The translations under genes were made by a program, and so were the position numbers. DNA of 63,638 nucleotides from Nanobdellota archaeon. GTDB lineage: Archaea; Aenigmatarchaeota; Aenigmatarchaeia; Aenigmatarchaeales; Aenigmatarchaeaceae. Location of the stretch: assembly GCA_018901655.1 (NCBI GenBank), contig JAHIEG010000001.1, positions 1-63,638 on the forward strand. The letters are read 5' to 3'. Positions 55,766-63,638 of this stretch are shown here, piece after piece. Every line of letters starts with the position of its first letter. The stretch's first letter is position 1. The notes beneath the pieces are model-generated. The model made no database searches. It was given only the letters and a program-made list of their open reading frames with translations, and was not told where the DNA came from.

Positions 55766-55800
55766 ACTTATATTTACTACTAGGTAGTATATAAGTCTAT
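55763..55800 (-). promoter_or_regulatory. 38-bp leaderless promoter with internal palindrome, copy B2
   Basis: catacttatatttactactaggtagtatataagtctat. Confidence 0.75.
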
Positions 55801-55837
55801 CTATATAGTTAAATAAAGAGTAAACACAATTTAATTT

Positions 55838-56551
55838 ATGGTTTACGAGATTATCGGAAGCAAAGAAAAGGCAGTAGCTATTATTGGGTTCGGAACTGAA
55901 AACATAAAGGAATTAGCTGAAAAGATAATGAAACAACATAAAAATGTTAAATCTGTTTTAGCTAAAACTGGTCAAAGAGAAGGAGTATTTAGAACTCATC
56001 CAACTAAACTTATTCTAGGTGATAAGAACACTGAAGTGATTCATAAAGAAAATGGATATTCAATTAAAATCGATCCAAGAATTGCTTATTTCTCACCTAG
56101 AGAATCAACTGAACGATTAAGATTAAGTAAAATGATTAAAGCTGGAGAAAAGATTCTTGTGATGTTTTCTGGCGTGTCGCCAATTGCTATAGCTATTAAG
56201 AAAGTTCAACCCGATTGTAAAATAACATGTATTGAAATTAATCCAGAAGCTGTAAAATACGCTGATGAAAATGTTAAACTAAACAAGATATGTGGAATCA
56301 AGAATATATGTGGCGATGTGAGGGAAGTTAAATTAGAAAAATATGACAGAATTATTATGCCTTTACCAGAGACGTCTTTAGAGTATTTAGACTTAGCTAA
56401 GAAACATTGTAAAGGAATAATTCATCTATATGGATTTGCTAAAGACCCGAAGGAGATAACAAGTAAGATAGAAGATAAAATAATTAAGATACAAAGAGTA
56501 TTACCTTATGGTCCTGGAATTTACAAAATGAGATTTGATATCGAAATCTAA
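55838..56551 (+). CDS. Trm5/Taw2 (Met-10+) family tRNA-37 modification enzyme
   Basis: IHKENG...ID....YFSPR..TER; VMFSGVSP; EINPEA; IIMPLP. Confidence 0.88.
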   Translation: MVYEIIGSKEKAVAIIGFGTENIKELAEKIMKQHKNVKSVLAKTGQREGVFRTHPTKLILGDKNTEVIHKENGYSIKIDPRIAYFSPRESTERLRLSKMIKAGEKILVMFSGVSPIAIAIKKVQPDCKITCIEINPEAVKYADENVKLNKICGIKNICGDVREVKLEKYDRIIMPLPETSLEYLDLAKKHCKGIIHLYGFAKDPKEITSKIEDKIIKIQRVLPYGPGIYKMRFDIEI

Positions 56552-56665
56552 CTAATCTACACTATATTCTTTTTTTAGGATTCTTCTAAACTGTGGACTT
56601 CCATCTTCTGCTCCAGTTCTAAGTGTATAAAATCTTGGTTCCATTTCTTCATCTGGTCTTAACAT
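56552..56665 (-). CDS. Possible 37-aa small protein
   Basis: MLRPDEEMEPRFYTLRTGAEDGSPQFRRILKKEYSVD fills the gap between the two Trm5-like genes. Confidence 0.25.
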   Translation of the reverse strand: MLRPDEEMEPRFYTLRTGAEDGSPQFRRILKKEYSVD

Positions 56666-56689
56666 AATTTAATTAACATAGGAAAGAAT

Positions 56690-57484
56690 TTAAACCTTCT
56701 TTAAATCATAAACCATGTGCCATACATTCGGTGAATATGATTTAACCTTTCTTGTCCTCAAAACTTTAACTTGTTTTGGAAACTTAATTTCTTCTCCATC
56801 TCTAACGTTACGATGGAAATGAATAATCGCTCCTTTTTTAGCTATTTTCAACGCGCTTGGTAAGAAGTTTTCAGTATCATAAAGATGTCCCATAACAATT
56901 CTATTAGCCGTGTTCTCAAGCAAGCTAGCGAAATCTCTACAATCTCCTTCTAATATCTCAATTTTATTTTCAACTTTATTAAGAAAAGAATTTCGTTTAA
57001 GATATTTAATTGCATCTGGATTCAAATCAATTGAATAAACTTTCTTAGCTTTTTTAGCTAATAGAATTGAAAAATATCCTATGCCTGCAAACATGTCAAC
57101 AACTATCTCACTCGACTTAACAGATTTAATCATTATCTCCTTTTCCATTTTATTTCCTTTAGACCACATTACTTTAGTCACATCTAAAAAGAATTTAGCA
57201 CCATGTTCTTTGTGAATAGTTTCAGTATTTTTAGATCCAGCAATTACTTCCATCTTTGGTTTTCGTTTAACTCCGTCTATACTTCGTTCAAGAACAACGG
57301 TTTCAATATATGGTAATATTTCTAAAATGGCTTTTCCAATTTTCTTTCTATGTTTGTATAATTCTGGTTTTAATTTAACTATGAGTATCTTACCAAGAAT
57401 AAAGTAAGACCTCGGGGCTAATCGAAGGTCTTGAGAAGGAATATTATCTTTTAGATTGTCTATAAGTTTTGTATAAAACGACAT
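56690..57484 (-). CDS. Trm5/Taw2 (Met-10+) family tRNA-37 modification enzyme, second paralogue
   Basis: TIHKEHG..F.LDVTKVMWSKGN..EK; DMFAGIGYF; DLNPDA; ANRIVMG. Confidence 0.9.
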   Translation of the reverse strand: MSFYTKLIDNLKDNIPSQDLRLAPRSYFILGKILIVKLKPELYKHRKKIGKAILEILPYIETVVLERSIDGVKRKPKMEVIAGSKNTETIHKEHGAKFFLDVTKVMWSKGNKMEKEIMIKSVKSSEIVVDMFAGIGYFSILLAKKAKKVYSIDLNPDAIKYLKRNSFLNKVENKIEILEGDCRDFASLLENTANRIVMGHLYDTENFLPSALKIAKKGAIIHFHRNVRDGEEIKFPKQVKVLRTRKVKSYSPNVWHMVYDLKKV

Positions 57485-57618
57485 AATTCTTTATGTTCTC
57501 TTGCATATTAAATATTATACTCATTGGTAAACACCGGGCTTTTTATCACCATATATTCCCTTCAATTCTTTAGGATTTAGTACAACATATCTAATTTCTT
57601 TTTTCTCTTCCATTATAA

Positions 57619-57756
57619 TCACATTAAATTTATCACATCTTGAGGATTATGTGTTTCATAGGTTCCCCCCCGATTACTAATTATATATGTTTCTAATCCA
57701 CCAATTAATTTTGATTCTATTGTTTCACCATTTTTTCCTTTGTATTCCCCAGGCAT
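57619..57756 (-). CDS. Small hypothetical protein (45 aa)
   Basis: SD gaggtg 7 nt before the ATG; MPGEYKGKNGETIESK... Confidence 0.4.
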   Translation of the reverse strand: MPGEYKGKNGETIESKLIGGLETYIISNRGGTYETHNPQDVINLM

Positions 57757-57827
57757 TTTTCTTCACCTCATGAACATAATAAAAAAGGGGGAGGGGTCGT
57801 TAAAAGTGACAATACATGTGAAATTCC

Positions 57828-58208
57828 TTACATGTATTTAATTGATCCTGCTTTCCAGATTGCTTCTATTGCTAGAATTGCAACTGCTGGTGCTGCTAAT
57901 ACTGCAATGTGTCCAACGATTGGTGCTAAGTAGTCACCCACGTATGGTACACCTGCTAATACAGCTCCAGATGCTCCTACTGCCATCAAAGCGATTGCAG
58001 CAAGCATGAAAATTTCTATATCATCTTTTCCGATTGATCCCATGCCAAATGCTCCTAACAAACCTACTACAAATCCTAACACCACTAATAGTGTTCCTGC
58101 TGAAGGTATTGTTCCAACCATCAATCCCTCTATTACTGCGATTAACATTCCTAGTAGGAATAGATAGCCACTGAGCTTTATCCATTGATTTCCTTGTTTT
58201 TTTGCCAT
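57828..58208 (-). CDS. Small Gly/Ala-rich four-TM membrane protein
   Basis: GYLFLLGMLIAVIEG...FMLAAIAL...VPYVG..LAAPAVAILAIEAI; SD aggtga; C/T-rich terminator downstream. Confidence 0.8.
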   Translation of the reverse strand: MAKKQGNQWIKLSGYLFLLGMLIAVIEGLMVGTIPSAGTLLVVLGFVVGLLGAFGMGSIGKDDIEIFMLAAIALMAVGASGAVLAGVPYVGDYLAPIVGHIAVLAAPAVAILAIEAIWKAGSIKYM

Positions 58209-58253
58209 ATTTTTTCTCACCTTTGAGCATAATAGTAAAGGGGCTAGTGGGGC

Positions 58254-58529
58254 CTACTTAAAGACCCCTAATAAAACAAATACAACACCAATTAAGGTGA
58301 CTAATAAACCGATTACGCTAAACAATGTCGTTCCCCATGTTACAGCACTTCCTATTGAAATTGCTGATCCAATTCCTAAATTAAATGCTGCAGCAAGTAA
58401 ATACGATGCACCACCTGCACCTAACCATATAAATCCTTTGTCGCCTTTCTTTTTAATTTTTCCATATTCTGCTAAAATTGGGGCTAATAGCAATGCGATT
58501 CCCATCCATACGAATGTTGCTTCAAACAT
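58254..58529 (-). CDS. Small Gly/Ala-rich three-TM membrane protein
   Basis: Start at MFEATF after SD aggtga; three hydrophobic helices. Confidence 0.75.
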   Translation of the reverse strand: MFEATFVWMGIALLLAPILAEYGKIKKKGDKGFIWLGAGGASYLLAAAFNLGIGSAISIGSAVTWGTTLFSVIGLLVTLIGVVFVLLGVFK

Positions 58530-58689
58530 TTTTTCACCTAATAGAAAGGTGGTAAAATTTGTTCTTAAAGGTAGCTTCGACAATCGTATTACTTCTCTCA
58601 AATATAGAAATCTTTATATATTATTAATTTGTGTATATAACACCCTTATAGAAATAAATTATATTTTTCTAGATAATTTATATAAAAGT

Positions 58690-58799
58690 TGGTAGCGGGG
58701 GCACGATTTGAACGTGCGACCCCTGGGTTATGAGCCCAGTGAGCACTCCAGGCTGCTATAGGCAATCTAGTTCGCTAAAACAAAGACTTCCACCCCGCT
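58690..58799 (-). tRNA. Initiator tRNA-Met(CAU) with a 32-nt intron at about 10/11 (58758-58789)
   Basis: Spliced AGCGGGGTGGAGCAGCCTGGAGTGCTCACTGGGCTCATAACCCAGGGGTCGCACGTTCAAATCGTGCCCCCGCTACCA; A1:U72, three G:C pairs in the anticodon stem, A11:U24. Confidence 0.92.
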
Positions 58800-59060
58800 A
58801 TACCTAGAGTTTTGAAACAGCCCCGCCATATTGTAATTTTATCTTATATGAATTGTGTTTCAAGCTTTTAAAACTTGTTGATATTCTCATTCTATGTATT
58901 TTATTATTTGACTTATAATTATTTTCTAACCAACATTTTCTTATCGGAATATTCAATGATTTTGTAATATTTTTTTAGGTTTAGAACTCATTATACTCAC
59001 AGACAAACATTTATAATTACGTTATTAAATAATAGATGCTAACTAATTTACGTGAGTTAA

Positions 59061-59714
59061 ATGACAACAATTTTAGGAATTGATGAAGCAGGAAGAGGAT
59101 CAGTAATTGGCCCAATGGTTATAGCTGGATTAATGATAGATGAAAAAGATGAATTTAAATTAAGAGAAATAGGAGTTAAAGATTCAAAATTACTAACTAA
59201 AGTTCAAAGAGAATTTATGTTTGATAAAATAAAAAATATTGCAAAAGATTATGTTATATTAAGTGTATCTGCTAAAGAAATAGATGAACTTAGAAAAACA
59301 ATTAATTTAAATAAAATTGAAGGACATAAAATGGCTGAAATTTTAAAAACCTTAAAAGCTGATAAAGCTTACATTGATACTCCTCAAGTTTCAACAGGTA
59401 AGTTTAAAGATTTCCTATTTTCAATCTCAAAAACTAAAACAAAAATGATATGTGAAAACGGGGCTGACTTAAAATATCCAGTTTGTTCAGCTGCATCTAT
59501 ACTAGCTAAAGTTACTAGAGATAGGGAAATTGAAGTGATTAAGAAAAAAGTTGGATTTGATTTTGGAGTTGGTTATTCACATGATAAAAAAAGTATTGAA
59601 TTTGTACAAAAATGTTTAAAAGAAAAGAAAAATCTTGAATATTTAAGACACTCATGGATAACTGTTTCTGAACTTGTTAAAGAGAAGGAACAAAAACGAT
59701 TAGGAGATTTCTAA
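59061..59714 (+). CDS. rnhB: Ribonuclease HII
   Basis: GIDEAGRGSVIGP, KDSK, AASILAKV.RD. Confidence 0.97.
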   Translation: MTTILGIDEAGRGSVIGPMVIAGLMIDEKDEFKLREIGVKDSKLLTKVQREFMFDKIKNIAKDYVILSVSAKEIDELRKTINLNKIEGHKMAEILKTLKADKAYIDTPQVSTGKFKDFLFSISKTKTKMICENGADLKYPVCSAASILAKVTRDREIEVIKKKVGFDFGVGYSHDKKSIEFVQKCLKEKKNLEYLRHSWITVSELVKEKEQKRLGDF

Positions 59715-59775
59715 AATAACATTTATATTAAAGTAAATACATAGTTAGTTCATAATAATTGATTAGGGTGTTATA

Positions 59776-60240
59776 ATGGATTTGATTAACCTAAAAACTA
59801 CTATTGATAATAATATTGATTTTGACAAATCTTTTAAAAATGAGAAAGATTTCTGTGAATGGATAAGAAAAAACTATAAATTGTTAGGATTTTCAGAAAT
59901 ATGCGAAGATAATAAAGATTCTACACCAGATTTTGTATTTTCTATCAATGGAACAAAAATTAGAACAGAAATAGAAACAAAATCAAGCAATTTTATTTTA
60001 CACAAGCATGATAAAAATAATATAGATTTAATATTATGTTTAAAAAAAGATAAAGAAATCTATGATATTGATATTATTGAAATAAAAAACTTCGAGTTTA
60101 TTGATCCCACAAAGATTTTAATTAATCTAACTGATTATCATATTGAAGAATTAGACAAATTAGTAAAAATGGGGGTGTATCAACACAAAGCAGAAGCTAT
60201 TCGTGATGCAATTAGAAAACTAATCGAGGGACGTTTATGA
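59776..60240 (+). CDS. PD-(D/E)xK nuclease-like domain plus C-terminal ribbon-helix-helix
   Basis: TPDF...EIETKSSNF..HKHD...DLILC; INLT....EELDKLVKMGVY..KAEAIRDAIRKLI. Confidence 0.65.
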   Translation: MDLINLKTTIDNNIDFDKSFKNEKDFCEWIRKNYKLLGFSEICEDNKDSTPDFVFSINGTKIRTEIETKSSNFILHKHDKNNIDLILCLKKDKEIYDIDIIEIKNFEFIDPTKILINLTDYHIEELDKLVKMGVYQHKAEAIRDAIRKLIEGRL

Positions 60241-63200
60241 AAAAAATAATAATTTTATCTCTTCTAGTAATATTTTTATTTTCCGTAACATCAGCTTTCG
60301 CAGCTGTTTGGTGGACCGGGACACCCGATTTTTATATAAATGAAACAGCTGACTACGATACCCCAGCAGTTAAAGTAAACACAACAACAATCACAGATAG
60401 ATACAACCAAAGTTCAAATACAGCTGAGATGGATTTTCCTTATGCTTCTAAAGATGCTAATCTTATTTCTTATTATAGGGGTGCAGATGTAACAGATGAA
60501 ACAGGAACTAATGATTTAACAAATGTAGGAGCAGGTTTTGTAGCAGGTAAATTTGGCAATGCTTTTGATACAGATGGAGCAGGTAGTAATTTTAATGATT
60601 TAACTTTTACAAGTTTTGAAAATGCAGGAGCAATTACAATAGTTGCTTGGGTTAATCCTGATGTAACAAATGTAGGAGCACAAGCTGATTATATTATTTC
60701 TTTACCAGATGGATATGGAGCAAATGGAATAGATTTAGCACAAAAAAATAATCATTTTCAATGGGTATTAATAACGCATTCAGATTCTACAGTTCAAGAA
60801 GGTTCAACTGCAATAACAGCAGGAACATGGTATATGCTTTCTATTACTTATGATGGAACAAATTCAAGAGGTTATGTTAATAATGTATTAGAATTTACAG
60901 ACCCTTTAACATTAGGAACAGGATTAAAACACACAACTGGAGATATTTATATTGGAAGACAAAGTGATTATGCTGGAGTGTTTTTCAATGGACAGATTGA
61001 TGAAGTTAAAGTCTATAATCGTGGTTTAACAACAGCAGAAATAACAGTTCTTTACAACAATGGTAAAAGATATATAGACACAGCTTGGGCAGGTTCAGCT
61101 TCTAATTGGACAAGTGATACACAAACAATGACAGCAGGAAACAAACTTTTAAACACTACAATAAATTTAACTTCAAGTGCAACAGCTTATTTAACTAAAG
61201 TAGAATGGTTGTCTAATGGAATAATAGTTGCTTCAAACGAAACTGATATAACTTCAACTGGATTAGTTACTTACTCAACAGCAAACGGATTAGATACAGG
61301 AAGTTTTGATTACATAAACGATAGTTATACTTTTACAATAAGAACATATTTTACTGGAGATGGAACAACAACACCAAAGGTAGATGATATAATAGGTTAT
61401 TATGAAGAAGGAGAAACAATTGTTTGGCAAGGTGGAACATCAACTGATTGGAATGTCGGTTCTAATTGGAATACATCAACTGTTCCAGGAACAGTTAATC
61501 GTGTAATATTAAATGCAACTTCAGAGAGACAACCAAATTTAACTTCAAATTCTTATGCATATAATATTTCAATACCATATGGAGCTAGTCTGAACACAAG
61601 TGGTTATAATCTGCAAGTTGGAGATGATATTTCTGTTTCTGGATTGCTGAATGTTTCTGGTGGAAAATTAATAATGAATGGCGATTCTGATGGAGATTGT
61701 GAATTGAATATTAGAGACGGTGGCACAATGTATTTGCTTAATTCAGGAAATGTGACAAATGGCGCTGCTGATTCTGCAAATTATCAATTTTATATTGCAG
61801 ATGGTTCGAATATGAGTGCAAATGATTCTTATATTCGTAAAGCAGGATGGGAAGATGTAAATTATCACCGAGGAGTTGATGTTTATTCTGACAGTGTGAA
61901 TATGAATAATATGACAATAAGTGGAATGGATTATATTGGACTTTATTTTTCTGATTCTAATAATGGTATTTATAATAATATTACAATCACTTCAACTGAT
62001 AATGCAGTTTTTTTAAATTCAAGTTCAAATAGTAATAAGTTTATTAATAGTACATTAATTTCATCTTCAGATTATGTAATATATATTGGCAATAGCAATT
62101 CTACAAATTTTACAACTAGTAGCATTTCAGGTTCATCTGGAATTTTTATAAATTCAGGAAATTATAATTTCTTTAAAGGAATGGCAGCAGGCGTTACAAA
62201 CAACGCGTTGTATTATAAAGGTTCTGATTCTATTTTTCGAAATTCTAATTTTACTGGTTCAACAAATCAGTTAAATTCTGACGGAGGAAATAATAGTTTT
62301 ATAAACTCAAATTTTACAGGAACAGTATCTGACGCTCTTTATGTTTATAGTACATCAGGAAACAACAGCATCTATAATGCAACATTTTCTTCAGATATAG
62401 GAGCAGGTGATTATGACATAGAATTTGACACATCAGGAAATAATCTTACTTTGGTTAATTGTTCTTTTAATGCAAATAAAATTGCATGGACCTCTTCAAC
62501 ATCTTATTTGTTTGTAAAATATTACATTGATGTTCATATGATGAATTCTTCTGATTCAAACAATACCCTGAATGCTAATGTTACTATGAAAGATGTTTTT
62601 GATTCTCAATTGTTTAATGAAAACACTTCTTCAACTGGCTACACATCTGTTTATGAAATTTTGGCTTACAAACAAAATGGAACATTAACTGGCAATATAA
62701 CATCTTATGATTTGCATAATATATCAGCAACAGCAGACCACTATAATGCAAATTCAACAACATATAATGTTACTGCACAGAAAAGTTCAACTGCTGAATT
62801 ATATTTAACAACAGCGACACCAGGTTTCACAATTAATAACTTATATTGGCTGAGAACATATCAATCTGATAATTATTCAAGATCATTTTTCACAGAAAAA
62901 GAAACTGTCAGAATAATAACAAATTTGTCTGGAACAATTGTTGAAGGGCAACTTTATCCAAGGATATCTGTTTATTATCCTAATGGAACTATGGTAGTAA
63001 ATCAGTTTGATATGACAAATTATTCAACAGGAACTTCTGGAATATATTATTATGATTATGATATCAACACTTCAGAAATAGGTTATTATAATGTTTCAAT
63101 AGGAACAAAAAGTATAACAAATGCGTTTTACAGCGGATATAGATGGCAAGACAATTGGACAAATTCTTCTGGTATTATTTATCCATTTGAAATAAATCTA

Positions 63201-63638
63201 ACTGTTAACAATAGTGCAGGTTCAGAAAGACACTGGGAAGTAATTGATAAATATATTAACTTTAGTTCTGGTGCTCATGAGAATTCAGTAAGAGTTTGTT
63301 TGTATAATGGAACAGATTTGATAGAAATTCCGTCTCAAGTATATAATAAAACAGAATCAGCTGGAGTTATTTCATATGCAAATGTTGTGTTCTTAAGTTC
63401 TTTAAATGAAACTCAAAGTAGATCATATAATCTTTATTACAAAAAATCAGATACAGGTGCGATGAATTACTCTACTGATTTGAATTATACAAACCATACT
63501 GGTTATTATACATTTGAAAATAAAAATTATAAAATCCAAACAAACAAAACATTTGGAGGACTTATGTATTCTGCATATAATAAATTAGGAAGCAACACAA
63601 ATTTATCAGGACTTAATCCAATGCAATCAATGCCTGAA
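60237..63638 (+). CDS. Very large secreted glycoprotein (LamG/ConA-like domain, parallel beta-helix repeats); partial, runs off the window
   Basis: Signal peptide MKKIIILSLL...AFA; GKFGNA, TIVAWVNP, WYMLSITYDG, FFNGQIDEVKVYNRGLT; many NxS/T sequons; frame consistent to the last base (1134 codons). Confidence 0.85.
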   Translation, partial: MKKIIILSLLVIFLFSVTSAFAAVWWTGTPDFYINETADYDTPAVKVNTTTITDRYNQSSNTAEMDFPYASKDANLISYYRGADVTDETGTNDLTNVGAGFVAGKFGNAFDTDGAGSNFNDLTFTSFENAGAITIVAWVNPDVTNVGAQADYIISLPDGYGANGIDLAQKNNHFQWVLITHSDSTVQEGSTAITAGTWYMLSITYDGTNSRGYVNNVLEFTDPLTLGTGLKHTTGDIYIGRQSDYAGVFFNGQIDEVKVYNRGLTTAEITVLYNNGKRYIDTAWAGSASNWTSDTQTMTAGNKLLNTTINLTSSATAYLTKVEWLSNGIIVASNETDITSTGLVTYSTANGLDTGSFDYINDSYTFTIRTYFTGDGTTTPKVDDIIGYYEEGETIVWQGGTSTDWNVGSNWNTSTVPGTVNRVILNATSERQPNLTSNSYAYNISIPYGASLNTSGYNLQVGDDISVSGLLNVSGGKLIMNGDSDGDCELNIRDGGTMYLLNSGNVTNGAADSANYQFYIADGSNMSANDSYIRKAGWEDVNYHRGVDVYSDSVNMNNMTISGMDYIGLYFSDSNNGIYNNITITSTDNAVFLNSSSNSNKFINSTLISSSDYVIYIGNSNSTNFTTSSISGSSGIFINSGNYNFFKGMAAGVTNNALYYKGSDSIFRNSNFTGSTNQLNSDGGNNSFINSNFTGTVSDALYVYSTSGNNSIYNATFSSDIGAGDYDIEFDTSGNNLTLVNCSFNANKIAWTSSTSYLFVKYYIDVHMMNSSDSNNTLNANVTMKDVFDSQLFNENTSSTGYTSVYEILAYKQNGTLTGNITSYDLHNISATADHYNANSTTYNVTAQKSSTAELYLTTATPGFTINNLYWLRTYQSDNYSRSFFTEKETVRIITNLSGTIVEGQLYPRISVYYPNGTMVVNQFDMTNYSTGTSGIYYYDYDINTSEIGYYNVSIGTKSITNAFYSGYRWQDNWTNSSGIIYPFEINLTVNNSAGSERHWEVIDKYINFSSGAHENSVRVCLYNGTDLIEIPSQVYNKTESAGVISYANVVFLSSLNETQSRSYNLYYKKSDTGAMNYSTDLNYTNHTGYYTFENKNYKIQTNKTFGGLMYSAYNKLGSNTNLSGLNPMQSMPE

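Noticed and set aside
688-58695. Many 60-130 aa ORFs antisense to well-supported genes (e.g. 2018-2281, 11927-12274, 17548-17940, 51029-51334, 58297-58695)
   Set aside because: Shadow ORFs typical of AT-rich hydrophobic or Lys-rich coding strands; no motifs or SD.
33551-58789. Shared UUGUUU hexamer in the alba, tRNA-Ala 37/38 and initiator tRNA introns as evidence of common origin
   Set aside because: Too short and U-rich to be significant in this composition; the rest of the introns do not align.
58793-58828. Copy of the initiator tRNA 5' end (ccccgcca) 28 nt upstream, as a possible split or permuted tRNA piece
   Set aside because: Only 7-8 bp; the tRNA is already complete with one intron.

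Overview
AT-rich archaeal chromosome segment. The gene content, unlinked 16S rRNA and pilin-rich locus suggest a DPANN lineage (inference). Left to right: the 3' end of an IS200/IS605 tnpA with its right-end hairpin; a small nucleotide-metabolism island (AAA_28 kinase, HAD, cytidylyltransferase-PRTase fusion); the conserved rnp4(truncated)-rps19e-PDCD5-rpl39e-rpl31e-eIF6-pfdA-ftsY-srp54 superoperon, punctuated by accessory genes and with an intein in SRP54; rpl21e; elp3 with a Trm9-like methyltransferase; tRNA-His; transporters; a stand-alone 16S rRNA with three bulge-helix-bulge (BHB) introns, two of them ORF-bearing; ychF and csp; three cassettes bounded by copies of the tRNA-Ala 3' end; tRNA-Ala with two introns; alba; a type IV pilus locus (intein-containing ATPase, TadC/ArlJ-like platform, about 16 pilin-like genes); tandem membrane paralogues; dph5; two Trm5-like genes; initiator tRNA-Met with a D-arm intron; rnhB; and the start of a giant LamG/beta-helix surface protein. 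Top observation: alba is interrupted by a 33-nt BHB-type intron (33924-33956) containing an in-frame stop, and rule-based excision exactly restores the conserved GKKP motif. This is a candidate archaeal mRNA intron outside cbf5, in a window that holds seven BHB-type introns across rRNA, tRNA and mRNA. All family assignments come from motif recognition by eye; no database searches were run.
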